Origin: Paraspadella gotoi | Lineage: Eukaryota > Animalia > Chaetognatha | Assembly (NCBI GenBank): GCA_051294375.1 | Contig: CM119267.1 | Location: 301,409 to 365,408, forward strand | Length of the DNA: 64,000 nucleotides | Direction of reading: 5' to 3' | Shown: one piece after another, positions 54,401 through 64,000 of the stretch | How positions within the stretch are numbered: the first letter of the stretch is position 1 | Layout of the letters: every line of letters begins with the position of its first letter | The notes under the pieces: model-generated | The model's database searches: none | Seen by the model: only the letters and a program-made list of their open reading frames with translations | Told to the model about the DNA's origin: nothing | Position numbers and translations under genes: made by a program

Positions 54401-54867
54401 AAAAACAAAGATAGGGGTTTGTGTTGACGCGTTCATGATTTGTCGAAAAAAGGCCAGTGAGTCAGTTAGTGGTTTTCGTCAAAGAGCACCTCCTTGGTAA
54501 ACAAAGGATCGAAGATATATATATATATATATCTTTAAAACTCTTGTTTTTTACTATTTTTTTTTCAAAATGCTGAAGAAGGCTCGAATTAAAGAGCCGA
54601 AACTGTTTTAATAACAATAAAAACTGTTGTCTCTGCAATTAAAAATATTTTTTAAAATATTTTTTATAATAAGTTTAATTAAACAGTTATATATTTAGTT
54701 AATTTAACATAAGAGTAATAAATAATAGAAATGAAATTTAGGAGGAAAATCAATCAAATCATAATCATCGATTATTTTAAAATGTAAAAACAAGTAATTT
54801 TATAATTATCATGCATAAGAGAAATAAAAAAAATCAAACTTGGGATTACAGGTTTGTTTCAAATTAA

Positions 54868-54956
<89 letters not shown>

Positions 54957-55616
54957 CATCATTATTTCCTAAGCTCATTCCGGCCTCGTCTTCCGTCCAG
55001 GTTACGATATCGGCAAAGCTTATCTCAACGCCATCGACTCTTTCTACAAAAACATCGCCTTCATGGCTTCGCAGTCGCCAGAGTTGACGAGCAACTTGGA
55101 GGAACGCTTCGACAACGAGAGGGTGAGGTTCACAGAATTGGCAAGTTTACTCTTTTGTCATTTTTTTTTGTGTGAGGATTATTTTGTGCGCGGGGTTTGC
55201 CCGGGCTCACCCCGTCAATGGACTTTTAATCCCTGGGCGGATTGATCTGCTCACAATCAGTTCCATCCCCTTCCGGTAGGAATTCTCGATTCGGACTATT
55301 TCTGAGAAATCTCCTTCCCCCATCAGATCGAGGTGACCAGGGCGCTGGGGAAACTACAGCAGAGTCACCCCGGCATCGGCGTCTCCATCAAGACCAAGCA
55401 TGCTTGCATGATCTTGGTGCACAGAGCTGAGGAACAGATCGACGATCTCAAGCATCGGGGATTGATTGATGGGAACGAGGAATCGTCACTCAAGGTGAAA
55501 TGGGGAGAGGGAGGAGAGGGGAAAGAGGAGAGGGGAAAGANNNNNNNNNNCCGTTTTTCTTTTTCCTCCCTTTCTTCTTCTTTCCTCCCCTTCTTCTCTC
55601 CTCTTCCCCCCTCTCT

Positions 55617-55648
<32 letters not shown>

Positions 55649-56956
55649 AAAAGGCCAACACTGCCCAGATCCGCAAGAAAATCGGGAAGATTCCCCCCCG
55701 ACTTCCGTTGGTGGAACCGCAACAGATCGTCAAGCAAATCAAATGGTTGAGAGGCGACGAAGAAGCTCAGGACTTTTTCGTGGCCAGAATGGAGATCAAA
55801 AAGTAGGGTGGTTTGGGGATCATTGGGGAGAAAGGTATGGGGATAATAAAGTAAGAGGGGATGGGGATCATTGGATGGAGTGTGTGGGGATCATAAAGTA
55901 ACAGGAGATGGGGATCATTGGGTAAAGGGAGTGTGAATCATAAAGTAAGTAGGGATTAGACTTTGCCAAATTTTTTAATCTAAGTAAGTAAGTACTATAA
56001 TTTTTTAAAACGTTTAATAATTTATAACATTTAAATGAATGCTTTAAATCAATATTTATTGGTGTCTAAATAAAGTCCTTTTTCAACACTATGAACTATA
56101 GTTTGTTTAATTTTTTTTTCAATTTTATAATGATCATTAAAAAATAAGGAGCAATTTGTATTCTCACCTCTCTGCCAATCAATCAATCAAACAATCAATC
56201 AATCGCTCGCTTCTCCCATTAGATACGAGAGAGACCAGCAAATCTTAGCTCCAAATCAAAAATACGACGGACTGTATCTCGTCTGCTCTGGAACAGTGAA
56301 GTTCGTCACGGTCGCCGGTGGAATGCAGAGCAGCAAGAAAAAGGCTAAAGGTCTCGACGTGACTTTAATCTCATTTGCATAATATAGTTAAGGATACGAG
56401 AATATTTACTTTGTGCGAATTAATACATTTTTTTAATATGATTTAGATTAGAATGTGTCATAGAAAATTAAATCAATATTTTTGTCTCGAACGATAATAT
56501 GCAAATGAATTTTAAGTAATTTCTTTGATTGTTGAAGGAGCAAACGTGAATCGACCGACTGGAGATGAAGACGACGACAATGAGACCGACAACGCCGACG
56601 ACAACGCCGCCGACGACGACGCCGACGAAGAAAGCTTTGATAATTTCACCAAGCACATGGTGAGAGTACTTGCTCAACGCTCGGTTGCATTGGAGTTTTT
56701 GAATAAATTCACGTTATTGCGTTTAATATTTGTAACATTTAATTTGTTATTTTTTTTCTTTACTATTCATAATTTTTATTATCCTTGCCCAATCCTTTTG
56801 CGTTTTACTTGTATTTCCTTATTTTCCTATTCTGCTTATTCTCTCTTCCTTATTTTCCTCCTTTTTTTCCTTTTTTCCTCTTTTTTTTAAGATGAGGATG
56901 AAACGCTTGAAGTATGATCCTCTCTTCGGCGACCAATTCCATCGCACGCAGAAGGT

Positions 56957-57048
<92 letters not shown>

Positions 57049-58691
57049 TATAATAGTAAAGCGCAATGGCGTGCTTTACTGTACATCGCCACATCATGCA
57101 AAAATTATTCATGTATTATTAATCAAAGTTCATCTATAAATCAGCGCCGAGTTCAAGAATGCATATATTAATTATAATAATAATATAATAATTATATTAA
57201 TACATTAATACATTAATTAATACATTAATTTAGATGAAGAACTTCTCTTGTCACATATTAATACATCAATACATTTATACATTAATTGATACATTAATTT
57301 AGATGAAGAAGTTCTCTGGTCCCGTATTAATACATTAATACATTAATTAATACATTAATATATCAATTAATACATTAATTTAGATGAAGAACTTCTCTGG
57401 TCCCGTATTAATACATTAATACATTTATACATTAATTAATACATTAATTTAGATGAAGAACTTCTCTCGTCACGCCGCAGACGACGACGACTTCGATGCT
57501 CATTTGGGTCGAGAAGATTTTCGCGCAGCCGGTGAGCCATCTGTCTTCTGTGATAGGTTTTCTATCATCTATGATAGGTTATCTGTCACCTGGGATAGAT
57601 CATGTTATCTGTAATAAGTTATCTGTCATCTGTGGTGCGGTTATCGCTTAACTGTGATAGGTTATCTGTCATTTGTAATAGGTCATGTCATCTGTGATAG
57701 GTTACCTGTCATCCGTGATAGGTTATCTGTCACCTGGGATAGATCATGTCATCTGTGATAGATTATCTGTCATCCGTGGTGGGTTATTTGTGGGGGCTTC
57801 TTGGTGGTGAATCATAACTGTATTTGTCTATAACTTATAGACAAATACAGTAATGATTCACCACCAAGAAGACTTATAGTATAAGTCAGAGTTTCCTTGT
57901 CAGTGATTTTCTGCTTTGGGTCAGATCTCAAAGTCACTTTCCCGTTTTGTCACTCGTTAACGAATCCCATTTTTTTTAAAAAGTTGAATGAATGAAACCG
58001 AAATTCCTTCGGTTTTTTCTTCGTATCTCATTATTCATTTTTAAAAAGAAAAAGAGAAATGGAGAAGAAATTGGATCCAAGGAAGGAAGGAAGGAATTAA
58101 TTGGATCCACTGTCTCAGGATTCGTACTCAACTTCAATTGTTTCCTGGAGAAAATGGAACGGACAACGACGAGGGCCATTTGCGACACGGATGTCACCGT
58201 CGCCTTCTTCTCGGACGAGGTCTGTGTGAATGTGTGAACGGACGAATGTGAATGTGAATGTGAATGTGAATGTGAATGTGTGAACGAACGACGACGAGGG
58301 CCATTTGCGACACGGATGTCACAGTCGCCTTCTTCTCGGACGAGGTCTGTGTGAACGTGTGAACGTTGCGCGATCGTGAGAATCGAGAAGCGATCGTTTT
58401 TTGTGACGGATCTTTAATTGAAAAAAAAAATCTAGTTAAGTTTTATCTCAATACAGTAGAGTAGAGCTGTGGTTTATTTTGTATCGTTTGATTTGGATCA
58501 CGGGGTTTTAAAGATTTAAAACAATTCGTGAATTCAAGTGAGTAGAAGGAAAATATAAAATTGTTGTTCCGGTCCCTGAATTACTTTAAAATATTTCTAT
58601 AAAATTACATTTATATTAGATTCGATGATCTCAAAATACAATTATGTTAACAGCAAAAGCTTGGAATTAATTTTCCAGACAAAGAATGAAA

Positions 58692-58789
<98 letters not shown>

Positions 58790-59752
58790 GGTGATGAAGG
58801 AAGCGCTCGAAGTTTTTTCTTCTCGTTTTATCAACTTGGAATATCGAATGTGGACTCACTACGGGCGAAGAGTGACGGAGAACATCCTCAACTCGAACTA
58901 CGATTATCAGAGCGAAGAGTTGAAGCTGAAACTGGAGAGAGGGTTCATAGTGACGGTCTTGCCGGGGAAGACTGACAAGTGAGGGANNNNNNNNNNNNNN
59001 NNNNNNNNNNNNNNNNNNNNNNNNNNNNNNNNNNNNNNNNNNNNNNNNNNNNNNNNNNNNNNNNNNNNNNNNNNNNNNNNNNNNNNNNNNNNNNNNNNNN
59101 NNNNNNNNNNNNNNNNNNNNNNNNNNNNNNNNNNNNNNNNNNNNNNNNNNNNNNNNCCTTCCTCTGTCATAATGACTTTCTAACAATCTCTCTAATCACG
59201 AAAAGCGACCCTTCTGCATTTCTCACTCTCTCGTCACGCCCTCTTGTCACGCTCTCGTGTCACGCTCTCGTGTCACGCTCTCGTGTCACGCTCCCCTCCG
59301 ATTCGTCTCAGATTCATCATCGACCACGAAGCGTTGCACGTGATTCTTATCCAAGGAAAAGCGACGATGGAGGCGAACGTGAAGGGAAGGACGGAGCCGT
59401 TCCTCGCGCCCTCTGAGATTCCGCGTTACATTCTAAGACTTAAATTCGACAAGTGATTGATTGATTGATTTGATTTGATTGGTTTGATGCTTTGGAGTGA
59501 TTGATTGACTGACTCACTAATGGATTGATTGATAGATTAAATAATTCTTTTTTTGATTGAATGATTGATTGAGTAGTTCATCGATTTATTGGTTTATTGT
59601 TGGAGACATAAACTCTAGTCGTAATCCGTCGTTCTTATTTGCCTAAATATAAATATAAATTTAAAAATATAAACAATCAATATTTGTGTTACAAACAATA
59701 TCGAGTCGTTACAATACAATACAAACATACAATACCTGCTCATCATATTTTA

Positions 59753-59807
<55 letters not shown>

Positions 59808-60593
59808 TATTGAGTAGTCATCGATTTAGTGTTTATTTTTAAAATGCTTGATTGATTGATTGATTGATTGAATTGATTGACTTGTTGATCGATTGATTAT
59901 ATGATATTTCTTTCTTTCTTTCTTTTCTTTCTTTCTTTTCTTTCTTTCTTTCTTTCTTTCTTTCCTTTTTTTTCTTTCTTTATTTATTTATTTAACTATA
60001 TTTTTTTTTAAAGTATTCGATTAATTATCTTNNNNNNNNNNNNNNNNNNNNNNNNNNNNNNNNNNNNNNNNNNNNNNNNNNNNNNNNNNNNNNNNNNNNN
60101 NNNNNNNNNNNNNNNNNNNNNNNNNNNNNNNNNNNNNNNNNNNNNNNNNNNNNNNNNNNNNNNNNNNNNNNNNNNNNNNNNNNNNNNNNNNNNNNNCCGC
60201 CTCTTCATCGTCCCCAAACCGGGCGGTCGGACGGTCGCGGATCTCGGACCCGAACACTTCGGAGTCACCGTGGAGGAAGAAGAGCCGGAGATGAACTGGA
60301 ACGCCGACGCGTCGGGCGCCGCCAACGCCGATGAGAACGCCAACTTCCGGGGCGGACTCGGCGGCGGGATCTTCGGCGGCGGTCTCTTCGGCGGCGGCGG
60401 TTTCGGTCGGATGGAGGAGGACGAAGAAGGAGGAGGAGGAGGAGGAGGAGGAGGAGGAGGATTGTGGGGAAGAGTCTCGACTTCGGTTAAATTGAAGAAA
60501 TTCATTAGGAGAAGAATAAACGCGAAGAGGGAAACCAGGTTATTGTCTCGGCGTCATTTTCCGAAAGCCCCTCGTTTTCGGGTTAAATTTTAG
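40057..60593 (+). CDS. SLC9C1: SLC9C-type (sperm-specific NHE-like) voltage-gated Na+/H+ exchanger: Cys-rich ectodomain exons, CPA1 transport domain, voltage-sensor domain, CNBD; more than 25 exons, partly in gaps
   Basis: Transport domain: IPIPYTVLLLFLG (41804-42001), FESAF (43530), ATDPVAVV..IEG|ESLLNDG (43832-44645), SGVLTVV..ANTLLF (44711), GALRGAVGLAL (47514). Linker: DWNLL..TNPY (48983), ILKAQKISF|NQYEHGLIS. S4 segment FRFVRLLRIIRIFR (54230). Cytosolic part: YDIGKAY, HPGIGVSIKT, CNBD GLYLVCSGTV (56223), LEYRMW (58840). The 3' end is uncertain. Confidence 0.9.
44036..44230 (+). mobile_element. Possible second tRNA-derived SINE
   Basis: A-box tggctcaatgag and B-box-like ggatcgatccc; its 3' half resembles 46000-46110. 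Confidence 0.4.
44948..45476. mobile_element. MITE-like family A copy carrying a nested SINE
   Basis: Begins gttgcgccacg, ends gcgtcgcaac; body matches 6642-6968. Confidence 0.7.
45186..45418 (-). mobile_element. tRNA-derived SINE-like element nested in MITE A
   Basis: Reverse complement of 48128-48360; on the minus strand has A-box-like tggtgccggagg and B-box-like ggttctagccc; flanked by aatac on both sides. Confidence 0.6.
46453..46770. mobile_element. MITE-like family A copy (5' end lost in gap)
   Basis: Body matches the other copies; ends acgtggcgcaac. Confidence 0.65.
48128..48360 (+). mobile_element. tRNA-derived SINE-like element
   Basis: Second copy of the 45186-45418 element, with a tRNA-like head. 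Confidence 0.6.
52270..52890 (+). repeat. Long CT-rich low-complexity tract before an acceptor (similar tracts at 1400-1590, 3110-3365, 63235-64000)
   Basis: Almost purely pyrimidine; produces spurious Pro/Leu/Ser and Arg/Glu/Gly ORFs. Confidence 0.9.
57195..57475 (+). repeat. Tandem repeat spanning an SLC9C exon acceptor (4 copies)
   Basis: atacattaatttag|atgaagaa(c/g)ttctct appears with the AG at about 57233, 57302, 57383 and 57452. Confidence 0.85.
57797..57871. other. Near-perfect 75-bp palindrome/hairpin in an intron
   Basis: 37-bp arms with one mismatch and a 1-nt spacer. Confidence 0.85.
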
Positions 60594-61446
60594 AATTTTG
60601 GAATCGGTTTTTTTTTTTTTAATATTAAATTTATACAATGCTGCTGGATGAGAGGTATGAGTATAAATCGGTGGCGGATGAAAGAACATCCAATCATTGA
60701 CCGGCTCAATTTGTGTTTCGACCAATGAGAGAGTTCTGGTTCCGGCGGATTTTATTCGAGTCGCTGATCCGATTTCGTTTTGAGTTTGATTCCTCTGCGA
60801 TGATAGGTTAGGGGTTAAGGAAAAGATGAGGGATTAAGGTTTTGAGATAAGGTTAGGGATTTGGTTAGAGTTTTGGATTTGGATTAGGATTACAGGGTTA
60901 GGAGATAAGGTTATTGGGATTCGAATAAAGGATTAAGTTTATATAAGCTATGGTTAGGGATGAGGCTTCGGGATTCGAATAAAGCATTAAGAAAAAAATT
61001 ATGTTTAAACATTATGTTCAAAATTAAGTTTAGGGATTAGGAATAGGAAAGAGGCGTTTTTGGAAAATAATGGAATTTTAGATCAAGTATGACGCGGCTC
61101 ATAAACGCTCAGTTCGAACTGGCAATAAGGGGACAGTTTTCACAGCACTCTGCCAATGTTCCCTACAACTAACTGTTCATATTTAAACCACTACGGAGAA
61201 TCCCCTCCTCGATTTTTGAAGGGGATCGCAGATTGAAGCTCGATCCGAGAAAGAGTGGGCCATTTCTCGTCCCCGTCATGAATTAGGGCGGGGATATGCC
61301 GGGAATAAGATCCCCGGCGAAGCCCGCCACAGGGCGTAGTGGCGTTGAACTTATAGTTAGCTTCCCCGAAACTGCGCGAAGTTTAACAGTTTAAACTGCA
61401 AGGATTTGGCCCGCGTAATATCTCTTTTAGCTTGTTTGTTTATTTT

Positions 61447-61550
61447 ATGAAATTGGTACAACCAATATAAAAATTATCCATTCATTTAATAAATAAGCAA
61501 TCTTGCCCCTGACTTTGGACAGGCTTTGGTGGTTTAAGGCCTCCATCACT
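61447..61550 (+). repeat. Short interspersed repeat family (atgaaattggtacaaccaatataaaaattatcc); further copies at ~3431, 31435, 32898, 46617, 48805
   Basis: The core motif recurs at six sites in both orientations (two of them are mirror copies within the inverted duplication). Confidence 0.7.
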
Positions 61551-61667
61551 TTTATATAACTTTAGCTTGTTTGTTTATTTCACATAATATTTTTTCATTA
61601 TTATTATTATTTAATTTTTAATTACTTTTTGATAATTAAATTCATCTTAACTTTTAACAATAATCAG

Positions 61668-63184
61668 AGAAAATCGTGAAGACGAAGACGCCGTCCAAGA
61701 AGACAACAACGACAACACAAACAAAGACAACAACAACGACGACGACGACGAAAACCAAGACGATGACGACGACGTAGATTACAACGACAACAACCATGAG
61801 GACGACGACGACGATGACGACGAAAACAACAACAACCGAAGACCAATGGAGACTCTCGATTATTCTCGTCACGCAACAGAAAAAGCGAAAAAGGAGAAAT
61901 GCAAATCGACGATGCCAGCATCGGCCATAAGGGTGATTCATGTTGACTTGACTTGACTTGACTTGACTTGACTTGACTTGACTTGACTTGACTTGACTTG
62001 ACTTGACTTGACTTGACTTGACGATGCCAGCTTCGGCCAAAAAAGTTTTTCATGTTGACATGACTTGACTCAACCTGACTTGACTTGAAGATGCCAGCAT
62101 TGGCCATAAAGGTGATTTATGTTGACTTGACTTGACTTGACTTGACTTGGCAGAAAACAATCAGTTGAGAGGCTGTTGCCAAAATATTGTTTAAAAGGGT
62201 TGGGACTGGAATAAAGTTATCCGTTTATCTGTATGACTTGTTAAGGTTTAACTGTGAATGATTAAAGTAAACATTCTCTGTCATTTTGAATAAGAATTGG
62301 CCGAAAAGTCATTATGTCTAATGTTATTGTCATTATGTCATTATGACATTAAAGGCTTAAGGCTAAGACATGCTAAGTCAAAGCTTATCTTCTCTCTCTT
62401 TATCTCATTTCTTCTCTCTCTTTTCTCTCTTATCTTTCCTATCTTTTTCATCTTTCTTCTCTCTCTCTTTTCTCTCTCTCCCTCTCTACAGTCTTCGGAA
62501 CTGGTCGTCCGCAAACAGTCGCGAATGTCCTTCGCCGATTTGGGCAACAGGTGCAAGAAACATCGTCTGGCGATGGAGGAACTCGATCTCACGCCGGAAC
62601 TGGCCGTCAGGTGCAAAAGGGGGGAAATGGCGTGCGTGGCAGGTGGCGGCAGGTGTGGCGGGCAGATTCGTTCCCCGTCGGGAAAGAGATTAATGATAGA
62701 GAGTGAGAGAGTGGGATAGAGAGATAAAATGATAGAGATTAATGAATGAGAGTGAGAGAGTGGGATAGAGAGATAAAATGAGAGAGATAAAATGATTGAG
62801 ATTAATGATAGAGAGTGAGAGAGTGAGATAGAGAGATAAAATGATAGAGATTAATGATAGAGATTCATGATAGAGAGTGAGAGAGTGGGATAGAGAGAAA
62901 AAATGATAGATATTAATGTTAGAGATTAATGATAGAGAGTGGGATAGAGAGATAAAATAAGTCATACAGAGATAGATAGAGTCATAGAGTGATAGACCAC
63001 AGTCCAATCCTGACCCTTACCTTTCACCCCTTACCCTCGCAGAATCGCCAAAGAAACTCCTTCGGTGAATCGACTCCTCAACTTGAAAAAAGGAAACAAA
63101 ATGATGGAGCGAATGGAAGCAGCGGGAAAAGTGGAACCGGAGAAAACTCTATTCGAAGCTGCGGTCTGTGCACTGGCTTATCAG
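61668..63184 (+). CDS. Three phase-compatible exons (61668-61932 Asp/Asn-rich, 62492-62610, 63043-63184) of unknown product; continues beyond the window
   Basis: GT-AG bounded and open in a chained frame: ENREDED..MPASAIR|SSELVVRKQSRMSFADLG..PELAVR|IAKETPSVNRLL..LFEAAVCALAYQ. Confidence 0.55.
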
Positions 63185-64000
63185 GTCGGTCATTGTCCAT
63201 TAATTTGTTCTTGCGTCTCGTGTCTCTTGGTCTAACCTTTTCCCCCCCTCCTCTCCTCTCTTCTTACTTCCTCCTCTTCCAACGTTACTCCATCTCTTCC
63301 CCTCTCCTTTCTTCCCCATCTTCTTCCCTCTCTTCCCCTCCTTCCTCTCTCTCTCTCTCCTCTTTCGCTTCCTTTCCTCTCCTCTTCCCTCTCCTCTTCC
63401 CAGCTCCTCTCCCCCTCCTTCTTCTCCCTCACTCTCCCCTCCTCTATCCCCCTCCTCTTTCCCCTCCTTTCCTCTCCTCTTTACCCTCTTCTTCCCCCTC
63501 TATTCCTCCTCAATTCCCTCTCTCTATCCGCTCCCTTCTCCTCTCCTCCTTCCCCTCCTCTTCCTCCCTCCTCTTCTCCCTCTTCTTCTCCCTTTATTTC
63601 CCCCTCTCTTCCCTCTCCTCTTCCTCCTTCCCTTTCCTCTTCTCTTTCCTCTCACTCTTCTCCCCTTCTCTTCCCCCTCCTCTCTCTTCCCACTCCTCTT
63701 TCGCCCTCCTCTTCCATCTTCCCCCACTTCTTCCCCCTCCTTCCCCCTCCTCTTCCCTCACCTCTTCCTCCTTCCTTCTTCTTCTCTTTCCTCTCCTCTT
63801 CCCCTCCTCTTCCCCCCTCCTCTTCCCTTCGCGTTTTCCCCTCCTCCCTCCTCTTCCTCCTCCACTCCTCATCCCTCCTCTTCCCTCTCTTCCTCTCTCC
63901 ATTTCCCTCCTCTTCCCCTCTTCTTCCCCCTGCTCTTTCCCCCTCATTCTTCTTCCCCTCTCCTCTTCCCCTCATCTTCCTCTCTGTCTCTTCTCCCCTC

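Noticed and set aside
55141-55146. GC donor (TTG|GCAAGT)
   Set aside because: The upstream GT donor after ..DNER at about 55123 gives the better register with the next exon (IEVTRALG).
60805-61045. Telomeric TTAGGG-like repeats
   Set aside because: Scattered, degenerate units rather than a tandem array.

Overview
AT-rich, intron-containing eukaryotic (most likely invertebrate animal) draft scaffold with many N-gaps and microsatellites; most ORFs in the supplied track are repeat noise. In order it holds: (1) a 4-exon spartin/SPG20-like gene on the minus strand with no visible MIT domain; (2) a tandem cluster of four distinct firefly-luciferase/4-coumarate:CoA-ligase-like acyl-CoA synthetases (ACS-1 to ACS-4), none with a PTS1 signal and all with presequence-like N-terminal extensions; (3) extra tandem and inverted copies of ACS-3/ACS-4 (15.9-39.8 kb) that look like long-read assembly redundancy; (4) a large SLC9C-type voltage-gated Na+/H+ exchanger (NHE + voltage sensor + CNBD); (5) three further exons at the right end. 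The most novel signal is that the SLC9C-like gene appears to splice in frame to upstream exons encoding a signal peptide and three Cys-rich, Sushi/CCP-like extracellular repeats, and its cyclic-nucleotide pocket is degenerate. Also seen: repeated tandem duplication of splice junctions, several GC-AG introns, MITEs and tRNA-derived SINEs. All gene models were built by eye without database searches.
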